Shown: positions 47,801-61,952 of the stretch, piece by piece | How the letters are laid out: every line of letters starts with the position of its first letter | Position numbering within the stretch: position 1 is the first letter of the stretch | Origin: the human T2T-CHM13v2.0 reference genome, Homo sapiens | Direction: 5' to 3' (one strand) | Assembly (NCBI RefSeq): GCF_009914755.1 | Contig: NC_060934.1 | Length of the DNA stretch: 64,000 nucleotides | Position numbers and translations under genes: made by a program | The notes under the pieces: generated by a model | Seen by the model: the letters and a program-made list of their open reading frames with translations, nothing else | The model's database searches: none | Told to the model about the DNA's origin: nothing

Positions 47801-49750
47801 CATTTGAAGCAAAAAAAATTTTAATTGTGAAGTTCAATTTATCTATATTTTCTTTTGTTAACTTGTGCTTTTGGTGTCATATCCAAGAAACCATTGCCTA
47901 AAGCAAAATCACAAAAATTTACTTCTCTATTTTTTTATAAAGGGTTTTATAGTTTTAACTCTTAATATTTAGGTCTGCAGTCCACTTTGAGTTGCCTGTA
48001 GTGTGAGATGAGAGTTCATGTTTATTCTTTTACATCTGTATATTCAGTTCCCAGCACTAGTTTTTGAAAATACTATTTTCTCCCCACTGAATTTTCTTAG
48101 TGCTCTTGTAGAAAAAATTGCTTGGCCATAAATGTAAGGGTTTGTTTCTGAACTCTCAATTCTATTGCATTTATGTATATGCCTTTGCTTATGCCAGTGC
48201 CACACTCTTGATTACTGAAATTTTGTACCAAGTTTTTAAATTGGGAGTGACAGGCCTCCAAATAGTTTTTTCTCATGTTTTGGTGGTTCTGGATGCCTTA
48301 AATTTACATATAAGTTTTAGTGTTGCCTTCTCAATTTCTACAAAAAAAAAAACACTAATTGGTATTTCGATAGGGATTAAGTCAAATCTGTAAATCAGTT
48401 GGAATGTATTGTCCTTTTAACAATATTGTCTAACAATACATAACCACAGGTTGTCTTCTCATTTATCATATATTCTTCAATTACTTTCAATGATTCTTTG
48501 TATTTTTAGTATACAGGACTTTATACTTATTTTTTTAAAAGTCATTCTTTAACTGTTTCATTTTGATACTATTATTAATTTTCAAACTGCTAATTGCTAG
48601 TATATAGAAATACAATTGAGTTTAGTATATTGATCTTATAATTTGAAATCTTTGCTAAATTGATTTCTTCTAATAGGTTTATTATTCCCTCTTTGGGATG
48701 TATTTGTGTGTGTATAGGTGTTTCTTAAATTTCTTTATAAAACATTTGTAAGTTGAGAGTTTTACTTCTTCCTTTTCAATCCAGATACATTTTATTTCTT
48801 TTTTTTGGGTGGGGGGGGGGTCTAATTTCTCTGGCTAGAAACTCCATTGTAGTGTTAAACAGAAGTGATAAGACATCCTTATCTTGTTTTTACTTTAGTG
48901 GGAAAGCATTAACCATTAAGTATAATGCTAGCTATAAAATTCCCTTTCATTTTCAGTTTGTTGAGTGTTTTTCTAAAAAAGGATTTGGAGTTTGCTTTTT
49001 TTCGAACTATTGAGATGATTATAAAGGGAATCATTTATTAATATCGTTTAGTATATCGATTTTCAGTTATTAAACCAAGCCAGCATGGGATTGTTGATTT
49101 TTGCTCTTTTCTTATTCTTTCTTTTATTTATATAAATAAATATATATATTCTTTCTGCTTACTTTAATGTCCTCTTCTTTTTCTAGCTTATAAGATAGAA
49201 GTTTTGTTGACTGAGGTCTCTTTTCTTTTTCAGTGTAAGTTTGCAGCTGTAAAATTCCTCTAAGCATCACTTTAGCTGCATCCCATAGTTTTCATGTGAT
49301 GTGTTTTTGTTTTTCTTCACCTCAACCTATTTTCTAGTCTCCCTTATGATTTTTTCCTTGACCCATTGGTCATTTAGGAGTGTGTTGTTTAAATTCCACT
49401 TATTTGTGAATTCCTCAAATCTCCTCCTGTTATTGATTTCTAATGTCAGTTCATATAGATTGAAGAACAACTTTGGCATGAGTTTAATACTATTAAATTT
49501 CTCAAGGCTTGATTTATGGCCTAACATATTGCATATCTTAGAGATTTCCAAGTATATTTTAGAGCAACACGTATTTGTCTGTTGGGTGGAGCCTTCTATG
49601 GGTATCTGTAGACTTCCAGTGAGCTCTACTTAATTTATTGTATTCTTCAATTCTATTTTCTTCTTGATCTAATGCTTAGTTGTTCAGTCTATTATTTAAA
49701 GTGGGATGTTAAAGTCTCCACCTATGATTGTTGTAGTATCTATCTGTAAT
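47800..49750 (-). mobile_element. Old L1MC/L1MD-like ORF2 fragments
   Basis: Track ORF 49327..49551 (LGHKSSL...WNLNNTLLNDQWVKE). Confidence 0.7.
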
Positions 49751-49800
49751 TGCTAATGATTGGGCATGAAAGTTCACACATAGGATTTTAACCTGGAGCT

Positions 49801-49912
49801 GGTCTCCTCAATTTGCACGTACACACAGGGCTCCTCAGTTTGCACATACACACAGGGCTCCTCAGTTTGCGCGCGTGCACGCACACACGCACACACACAC
49901 ATTCATACACAC
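49801..49912. repeat. 27-bp tandem repeat (2.5 copies) running into an alternating purine-pyrimidine tract
   Basis: GGGCTCCTCAGTTTGCACATACACACA units at 49801, 49828 and 49855, then GCGCGCGTGCACGCACACAC. Confidence 0.85.
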
Positions 49913-50342
49913 ATGTTCTTATGTACACAAACATGCATATACATGCAAATAAACATATTTAGAAATGAGGAATTCTCATGGACATCTTCAATTCCAGTTT
50001 ATCCTCTCAGGTCTTATTCTTGCCTTCCTTCATTTTGTATGTATTTGTTTTCTTTTCCACAGTGTAAACCTGACTGAACATTAACAACACATGTACTCAT
50101 TTGCTTTATCCCCTAATGCTCCTCAATTTGTTTTAGAATTGCTTAGCTCATAGCACTAGAAAAACAAATTTACTAAAATATTTTGTGACTTTATTTGCAC
50201 CCCACTCTCTTGACCAAGACTGAGAATATTTGTCAAATTTTTATTCACAAGTTACTTGAATTAATGCTTTGTTTCTTTCCTCAGTAGGTTCACTTATTTC
50301 TTTGAGTTATAGTTTCCCTTTCTAATTCTATTGATTTAGCTT

Positions 50343-50428
50343 TGTGTATATATATATATATGTGTGTGTGTGTGTATGTGTGTGTGTGTGTGTATATATA
50401 TGTGTGTGTGTGTGTGTATATATATATG
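50343..50428. repeat. Compound (TA)n/(TG)n microsatellite
   Basis: Direct reading of the sequence. Confidence 0.95.
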
Positions 50429-50817
50429 TTTTGGAATTGTGCATTAACTTACTTCCCAAAGTGAAAAATATGCAGAAGGTATACTTAGAGCAGTTTCATT
50501 CCTCCTGTATCTCTTCCCTTTGTATTTCTCCAGTAAAGGTAACCATGTATATTGTTTTCCGGTTTGTTTTTCTTGTATTACATTTCATGAAATTAATTTT
50601 CTGTCTATTTCAATATTTTTCTTCATCTCTCCTTCATTCTTATCTAAAAGGTAGCATTCTAGATATGCATTTTTTCTATTTTTGTTTATTTGCTTTCTGC
50701 CTACTTAACATTATGCCTGGAAATAATGAAACAGCAACATACACCTATTAAAACTTCTCACAATTTTCATGTGAGATCTATCTCAATGGTAATTTACTCA
50801 TGACTTTATGAGAATGA

Positions 50818-51358
<541 letters not shown>

Positions 51359-51671
51359 CTTCACACTATTTTAAGTTAACTCATCAGAGGTCTTTTTTCT
51401 TTGCATCATGAATATTTGAACATATAATTTGTAGAAATTTTATACTTTGACCTAAATGTGAATACTGCAAAATAACTAGAGAACTAAAGTGAAAGCTTTA
51501 ATACCTTTTGATTGGTATTTGCATAGTCAGTGACTACCATGTAACAAGATTGCCTCCACACATGAGAATTTTCTGCTTCGCATCCACGGTCTATTTTAAC
51601 GAATACCTCACTGCTGTAACTTCCTAGTCCTATTCCATTAATTTTACACAAATGAGAGGAAGTATTGCTGA

Positions 51672-51827
<156 letters not shown>

Positions 51828-52189
51828 TAGTAAGTTTAAAATGTTATAAAATTATTTTCAATTATATTAAACAGCTTTTTTTATGGTTCATGAATATATC
51901 TACAACTTTTTTTGTAATTATTTTGTGTATACTTCTAGATCTATACTGGTGTCTCTATAATTACTGAATTAGATGTGTTAATTTTTCCACTATGATTGTG
52001 AATTTCCTTGTTCCTTTTTATAATAATGTCAGGTTTTACTTTATATCTTATGACATTTTATTATTAATGTACATATAAATTTAAAATTAACAATCTTACT
52101 GGAAGAAATAAACTTTTTCCTAATGAAGGGACCTGCTTTATCATTTTTATAGCTTTTGTTTGTTTGCCTTAAAAACTATCATGTCTCCC

Positions 52190-52330
52190 CATAATCCCAG
52201 CACTTTGGGAGGTAAAGGTGAGTGGATCTCTTGAAGCCAGGAATTCAAGACCAGCCTGGGCAATGAAGTGAGACCCTCATTGCCACAAAAACAAAACAAA
52301 ACAAAACCCAAAACAAACAAACAAACAAAA
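52190..52330 (+). mobile_element. FLAM/Alu left monomer with A-rich tail
   Basis: TAATCCCAGCACTTTGGGAGG...GACCAGCCTGGGCAA, (CAAAA)n tail, flanking aaaactatca repeats. Confidence 0.85.
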
Positions 52331-53112
52331 CTATCACATCTGCTATTAATGTAAATCTACCAACTTTCTTCTGATTGGTATTTGCATGATACATTTTATA
52401 TTTCATCCTGGTAACTTAACATTCCTCTTTGTGTTTTTTTTTTCTGTATCTCTTGCATGAAGCTCATAGTTGTATATTTTTCAAATTCAGTCTAATATTT
52501 TTGTCTTTTAATTAGCTCTCCTAAACACATTTAGTCTTATTATTGATAATTTCTATGTTTAAGTATACCATTTCTTTGTCCTTCCTATTTTATCTGCCTG
52601 GTAAGTTTCTTTTACTCTTCTTTATGCCCTATTACTTAATATCATTACATATTTTTTCCTTGGACAAATGATACCAAATATTTTAAACTTTATTCTAAAG
52701 ACACCTCTGTGTATCTAAAAAGTAGCATAAAGCTTATACTTCAACTAGTTGGTCTCTACTAATAGTTTATTACCACAAAGTGTGATTTGCTTATATCATG
52801 TGAAGTGAGACAGTATTATTGAGTCATTAGCATATATTGCAAGTATAGTACTTAACACCACAGATCTGGTTTTCATTTAGTTCTTTTTTTTATTTTTTAT
52901 TTTTTATTATACTTTAAGATTTAGGGTACCTGTGCACAACGTGCAGGTTTGTTACATATGTATACATGTGCCATGTTTGTGTGCTGCACCCATTAACTCC
53001 TCATTTAACATTAGGTATATTTGCTAATGCTATCCCTCCCCCTACCCCCACCCCACAACAGTCTCCATTGTGTGATGTTCCCCTTCCTGTGTCCATGTGT
53101 TCTCACTGTTCA

Positions 53113-53904
<792 letters not shown>

Positions 53905-53907
53905 CTA

Positions 53908-55286
<1,379 letters not shown>

Positions 55287-55859
55287 TCAGTTTGCCAGTA
55301 TTTTATTGAGGATTTTTGCATTGATGTTCATCAAGGATATTGGTCTAAAATTCTCTTTTCTTGTTGTGTCTCTGTCAGGCTTTGGTATCAGGATGATGCT
55401 GGCCTCATAAAATGAGTTAGGGTGGATTCCCTCTTTTTCTATTGATTGGAATAGTTTCAGAAGGAATGGTACCAGCTTCTCCTTGTACCTCTGGTAGAAT
55501 TCGGCTGTGAATCCATCTGGTCCTGGACTTTTTTTGGTTGGTAAGCTATTAATTATTGCCTCTATTTCAGAGCCTGTTATTGGTCTATTCAGAGATTCAA
55601 CTTCTTCCTGGTTTAGTTTTGGGAGGATGTTTGTTTTGAAGAATTTATCCATTTCTTCTAGATTTTCTAGTTTATTTGCATAGAGATGTGTATAGTATTC
55701 TCTGATGGTAGTTTGTATTTCTGTGGGATCGCTGGTGATGTCCTCTTTATTATTCTTTATTGCTTCTATTTCATTCTTCTCTCTTTTCTTCTTTATTAGT
55801 CTTGCTCTAGCGGTCTATCAATTTTGTTGATCTTTTCAAAAAACCACCTCTTGGATTCA

Positions 55860-55982
<123 letters not shown>

Positions 55983-56290
55983 TTATGTTAGGGTGTCCAT
56001 TTTAGATCTTTCCTGCTTTCTCTTGTGGGCATTTAGTGCTATAAATTTCCCTCTACACACTGCTTTGAATGTGTCCCAGAGATTCTGGTATGTTGTGTCT
56101 TTGTTCTCGTTGGTTTCAAAGAACATCTTTAATTTTGGCTTTTGCCTTCATTTCGTTATGTACCCAGTAGTCATTCAGGAGCAGGTTGTTCAGTTTCCAT
56201 GTAGTTGAGCGGTTTTGAGTGAGATTCTTAATCCTGAGTTCTAGTTTGATTGCACTGTGGTCTGAGAGACAGTTTGTTATAATTTCTGTT

Positions 56291-56581
56291 CTGTTTTTTT
56301 TTTTTTTTTTGAGATGGAGTCTAGCTTTGTCGTCCAGGCTGGAGTGCAGTGGCACGATCTCGGCTCACTTCAAGTTCTGCCTCCTGGCTTCACGCCATTC
56401 TCCTGCCTCAGCCTCTCTGAGTAGCTGGGACTACAGGTGCCCGCCAGCACTGCCGGCTAATTTTTTGTTATTTTTAGTAGAGATGGGGTTTCACCATGGT
56501 CTCGATCTCCTGACCTCGTGATCCGCCTGCCTCGGCCTCCCAAATTGCTGGGATTACAAGCGTGAGCCACTGCACCCGACC
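56291..56581 (-). mobile_element. AluY-lineage element with 12-bp deletion (AluYd-like)
   Basis: TTTCACCATGGTCTCGATC is 12 nt shorter than AluY TTTCACCGTGTTAGCCAGGATGGTCTCGATC. TSD aatttctgtt at 56281-56290 and 56582-56591. Confidence 0.85.
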
Positions 56582-57530
56582 AATTTCTGTTGTTTTACAT
56601 TTGCTAAGGAGTGCTTTACTTGCAACTGTGTGGTCAATTTTGGAATAAGTGTGGTGTGGTGCTGAGAAGAATGTATATTCTGTTGATTTGGGGTGGAGAG
56701 TTCTGTAGATGTCTATTAGGTCTTCTTGGTGCAGAGCTGAGTTCAGTTCCTGGATATCCTTGTTAACTTTCTGTCTCGTCGATCTGTCTAATGTTGACAG
56801 TGGGGTGTTAAAGTCTCCCATTATTATTTTGTGGGAGTCTAAGTCTCTTTCTAGGTCTCTAAGGACTTGCTTTATGAATCTGGGTGCTCCTGTATTGGGT
56901 GCATACATATTTAGGATAGTCAGCTCTTCTTGTTAAATTGATCCCTTTACCATTATGTAATGGCTTTCTTTGTCTCTTTTGATCTTTGTTGGTTTAAAGT
57001 ACTTTTTTTGTTTTGCATTTGCTTGGTAGATCTTCCTCCATCCCTTTATTTTGAGCCTATGTGTGTCTCTGCACGTGAGATGGGTGTCCTGAATACAGCA
57101 CACTGATGGGTCTTGACTCTTTATCCAATTTGCCAGTCTGTGTCTTTTAATTGGAGCTTTTAGCCTATTTACATTTAAGGTTAGTATTGTTATGTGTGAA
57201 TTTGATCCTGTCATTATGATGTTAGCTGGTTATTTTGCTCGTTAGTTGATGCAGTTTCTTCCTAGCCTCTATGGTCTTTACAATTTGGCCTGTTTTTGCA
57301 GTGGCTGGTACTGGTTGTTCCTTTCCATGTTTAGTGCTTCCTTCAGGAGCTCTTTTAGGGCAGGCCTGGTGGTGACAAAATCTGTCAGCATTTGCTTGTC
57401 CGTAAAGGATTTTATTTCTCCTTCACTTATGAAGCTTAGTTTGGCTGGATATGAAATTCTGGGTTGAAAATTCTTTTCTTTAAGAATGTTGAATATTGGC
57501 CCCCAGTCTCTTCTGGCTTGTAGATTTTCT

Positions 57531-57668
57531 TTTTTTTCTTTTTTTTTTTTTTTTATTATACTCTAAGTTTTAGGGTACATGTGCACATTGTGCAGGTTAG
57601 TTACATATGTATACATGTGCCATGCTGGTGCGCTGCACCCACTAATGTGTCATCTAGCATTAGGTATG
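57531..57668 (-). mobile_element. Severely 5'-truncated L1HS-Ta insertion (138 bp including poly(A))
   Basis: CACTAATGTGTCATCTAGC (ACA diagnostic) and ATTATACTCTAAG (G diagnostic). TSD gattttct at 57523-57530 and 57669-57676. Confidence 0.93.
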
Positions 57669-59012
57669 GATTTTCTGCCGAGAGATCCGCTGTTACTCTG
57701 ATGGTCTTCCCTTTGTGGGTAACCTGAGCTTTCTGTCTGGCTGCCCTTAACATTTTTCCTTCATTTCAACTTTGGTGAATCTGACAATTATGTGTCTTGG
57801 AGTTGCTGTTCTCAAAGCACATCTTTGTGGCGTTCTCTGTATTTCCTGAATTTGAATGTTGGCCTGCCTTGCTAGATTGGGGAAGTTCTCCTGGATAATA
57901 TCCTGAAGAGTGTTTTCCAGCTTGGTTCTATTCTCCCTGTCACTTTCAGATACACCAATCAGATGTAGATTTGGTCTTTTCACATAGTCCCATATTTCTC
58001 CGAGGCTTTGTTCGTTTCTTTTTATTGTTTTTTCTCTAAACTTCTCTTCTCACTTCATTTCATTCATTTGATATTCCATCACTGATACCCTTTCTTCTAG
58101 TTGATCGAATCGGCTACTGAGGCTTGTGCATTTGTCACGTAGTTCTCATGCCTTGGTTTTCAGCTCCATCAGGTCCTTTAAGGACTTCTCTGCATTGGTT
58201 ATTCTAGTTAGCCATTCATCTAATTGTTTTTCAAAGTTTTTAACTCCTTTGCAATGGGTTCGAACTTCCTCCTTTAGCTTGGAGTAGTTTGATCGTCTGA
58301 AGCCTTCTTCTCTCAACTCGTCAAAGTCATTCTCCATCCAGCTTTGTTCCGTTGCTGGTGAGGAGCTGCGTTCCTTTGGAGGAGGAGTGGTGCTCTGATT
58401 TTTAGAGTTTCCAGTTTTTCTGTTCTGTTTTTTCCCCATCTTCGTGGTTTTATCTACCTTTGGTCTTTGATGATGGTGACGAACAGATGGGGTTTTGGTG
58501 TGGATGTCCTTTCCGTTTGTTAGTTTTCCTTCTAACAGTCAGGACCCTCAGCTGCAGGTCTGTTGGAGTTTGCTGGAGGTCCACTCCAGACCCTGTTTGC
58601 CTGGGTATCAGCAGCAGAGGCTGCAGAACAGCTGGTATTGGTGAACAGCAAATGTTGCTTCCTGATCGTTTCTCTGGAAGTTTTGTCTCAGAGGAGTACT
58701 AGGTCATGTGAGGTGTCAGTCTGCCCCTACTCGGGGGTGCCTCCCAGTTAGGCTACTCGGGTCAGGGACCCACTTGAGGAGGCAGTCTGTCCGTTCTCAG
58801 ATCTCAAACTCCATGCTGGGAGAACCACTACTCTCTTCAAAGCTGTCAGACAGGGACATTTAAGTCTGCAGAGGTTTCTGCTGCCTTTTGTTTGGCAATG
58901 CCCTGCCCCCAGAGGTGGAGTCTACAGAGGCAGTGAGACCTCCTTGAGCTGTGGTGGGCTCCACCCAGTTTGAGTTTCCCAGCCGCTTTGTTTACCTACT
59001 CAAGCCTTGGCA

Positions 59013-59177
59013 ATGGCGGGCGCCCCTCCCCCAGCCTGGCTGCCGCCTTGCAGTTTGATCTCAGACTGCTGTGCTAGCAATGAGCGAGGCTCCGTGGGCG
59101 TAGGACCCTCCGAGCCAGGTGCGGGATATAATCTCCTGGTGTGCTGTTTGCTGACCGTTGGAAGAGCGCAGTATTAG
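59013..59177 (+). other. L1 antisense ORF0 (54 codons; C-terminus frameshifted after splice donor 1)
   Basis: gcaATGG Kozak context. Translates MAGAPPPAWLPPCSLISDCCASNERGSVGVGPSEPGAGYNLLVCCLLTVGRAQY*. Donor CCAG|GTGCGG at 59118/59119. Confidence 0.8.
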
Positions 59178-60477
59178 TTTGGGAATGACCCAATTTTCCA
59201 GGTGCCACCTGGAAAAGGGTGCCACCCTTTCTTTGACTAGGAAAAGGAATTCCCTGACCCTTTGCACTTCCCAGGTGAGGTGATGCCTCACCCTGCTTCA
59301 GCTTAGGCTCGGTGCCCCGCACCCACTGTCCTGCAACCACTGTCTGACACTCCGCAGTGTGATGAACCCAGTACCTCGGTTGGAAATGCAGAAATCATCC
59401 GTCTTCTGCATCACTCACACTGGGATCTGTAGACTGGAGCTGTTCCTGTTCAGCCATCTTGGCTCCAGCACCTCATTTAGTTCTTAAAAAGATTTTCTTA
59501 TTGTATCCTAGAGTATGGATGATGAATTAGATGAAAATATTTTGCCTGACACTTAGAACTGTTAGAAGAAAAAGACTCAGCAGTAAATGTAATGATGAAT
59601 ATTATTAAATTATTTTAAATTAAAGTTAACTTTGAATAAATTAAGCAGAATTTGGTTTATGGATGTGTATCACGTTAGGACTGTAGAAACATTCATTAAA
59701 TTGTGCTATTTAAAGTAGTATTTATTTTTTGATTTCCTTTAATTTTTTGTTAGTTCTGACATTTACTAAGAGAGGCATGTTGAATTCTCCTCCTATTATT
59801 TTGGATTTATCTATTTCTTCTTGTAGTTTTGTCTTCTTTTTAAATGCTGCTTATGTTATTGGTGCATATGTATAAAAATTCCACATTTCTGGCAAACTCA
59901 ACTTTTTCATTTCATGAAAGGAACCTTCTGAATCTCTGGTAAGGTCATTTGCCTTAAATCCTATTGTGTCTTACATTGACATACTATGGTGATTTTTGTT
60001 AGTGTATGTGTGGTGTATCTCTTTTCATCTACTTGTTTTCTGTCTTTCTGGATTTTTATAATTTACTGACATAGCTTGTAAATCACCTATAGTTAGATTT
60101 TTTTTTGTTTACAAATCCAGTGTGACTGTCTTTTTTTATTCATAGAACGTTTCAATGTTTTAATTTAAAATTATTGTAATTATTGACACATTTGGATTTA
60201 AATATTTTGAGCTGCTTTTTGTTTCTTCTACCCAATCCATGTTTACTTCTCTTTAATTTATTTCTTTATGTTGGAATCTTTTTTTATTCATTCTGATTTT
60301 TAAATCAATTATTTCTGTTTTAAAATGTTTAAACTTTTTAAAAAAGATTAATACTCTTGGAAAAATAAAATTGACTTTCAACTTTTTAAGTGCATATAGT
60401 ATATGAAGTAATAGAGTGTTTCCATATCCTTGCAGTAGAAACACTTTCATGATTTTTACATGTAACTTCATAGTTTA

Positions 60478-60595
60478 TTTTGAAAATTAATTTGGTCTTT
60501 TTTTGAAAATTAATTTTCAAAATTATTTTGAAAATTAATTTTCAAAATTATTTTGAAAATTAATTGGTCTTTTCAATTCATTTAATTGAATTGTG
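60478..60595. repeat. AT-rich palindromic tandem array (25-bp period)
   Basis: Perfect 22-bp palindrome TTTTGAAAATTAATTTTCAAAA at 60501-60522 and 60526-60547, partial copies at 60478 and 60551. Confidence 0.95.
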
Positions 60596-60719
60596 GTCTT
60601 TTACTTAAATTTTTATAAAAATGAATGGAAACTTTGATTTCTGGCATATTTTTAACAATTCAGAGGCTTCACAATTAAATGGTGTCACTCTTTATTGTAG
60701 TCTAAGCCTCTCTTCCTTT

Positions 60720-61590
60720 TTATTTAAGATTTTAATTTATAATTGACATAATGGTACACATTCATGGGGTACAATATGGTGTTTTAGTCCATGTATACAT
60801 AGTATAATGATTGAATCAGGGAAATTACCATATATATCGCTAGAAGAACTGGTCATTTTTATGGTAATAACATTCAAAATCTTCTTGTCTAGCTATCTTG
60901 AATTATACACTACAATGTTATTTGCTGTAGTACCCTACTGTGGAACAGAACACTAAAACTTCTTCTTCATGTCTAACTGTATCTGTGTACGCATTAATAA
61001 GCCACTTGCTGTTCCTCCTCCCCCAACCCCTCCACAGCCTCTGATAAGCACTATTCTACTATTTCCATAAAATCAACTTTTTTAGATTCCACATATGAGT
61101 GAGATCATATGGAGTTTGTCTTTCTTGCCTGGCTTGTTTTACTTGACATAATATTCCTCTAGGTTCATCCATGTTGTTGCAAATGACAGGGCACCATTTC
61201 TGTTTTATGGCTGGTGATATGGTTTGGCTATGTTCCCACCCAAATCTCTTCTTGAATTGTACTCCTATAATTTCCACATGTTGTGGGAGGGACCCAGTGG
61301 GAGATAATGAATCACGAGGGCGATTTCCCCCATACTGCTGCTAGTGAATAAGTCTCATGAGCTCTGATGGTTTTATAAGGGGTTTTTGCTTTCACTTCTT
61401 CCTCATTCTCTTCTCTTGGCTGCCACCATGTGAGACGTGCCTTTCACCTTCTGACATGATTGTAAGGCCTCCCCAGTCACCTGGAACTGTAAGTCCATTA
61501 AACCTCTTTCTTTTGTAAATTGCCCAGTTACAGATCTGTCTTTATCAGCAACATGAAAGTGTACGAATACAACTGGATAGTATTCATTGC
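60720..61590 (-). mobile_element. L1MA-type 3' UTR, interrupted by THE1
   Basis: TTTTAGATTCCACATATGAGTGAGATCAT...CATCCATGTTGTTGCAAATGACAGG. Confidence 0.8.
61215..61571 (+). mobile_element. THE1 (THE1B-like) MaLR solo LTR
   Basis: TGATATGGTTTGGCT start, ends AATACA. Near-TSD gctgg/actgg. Confidence 0.9.
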
Positions 61591-61679
61591 AGAACCATGA
61601 GCCAATTAAACCTCTTTTCTTTGCAAATTACCCAGTCTCAGGTATTTCTTTATTAGCAATGTGGAACCAGACTAATACA
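61588..61679 (+). mobile_element. 3' fragment of an MST LTR
   Basis: GCAGAACCATGAGCCAATTAAACCTC...GACTAATACA. Confidence 0.8.
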
Positions 61680-61952
61680 AATCTTATTTTAAAAATGGGC
61701 TAAAGATGTGAATAGATATTTCTCAAAAGAAGACATACAAATGGCCAACAAATATATGAAAAAATGTTCAACATCACTAATCATCAGAGAAATTCAAATG
61801 AAAACCATAGTGAGATATCACTTTATCCATGTCAGAATGGCTATTATAAAAATGACAAAAATAACAAAATCTTTCAAGGATATGGAGAAAAGGGAACTCA
61901 TACACTGTTTGTGGGTATATAAATTAGTGTAAACACTATGGAAATCAGTATG
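61680..61952 (+). mobile_element. L1 ORF2 C-terminal fragment in sense orientation
   Basis: Track ORF 61708..61932 (NRYFSKEDIQMANKYMKKCSTSLIIRE). Confidence 0.85.

Noticed and set aside
50344-50751. 135-aa ORF with a VC repeat
   Set aside because: Translation of a (TA)/(TG) microsatellite and AT-rich old repeat DNA.
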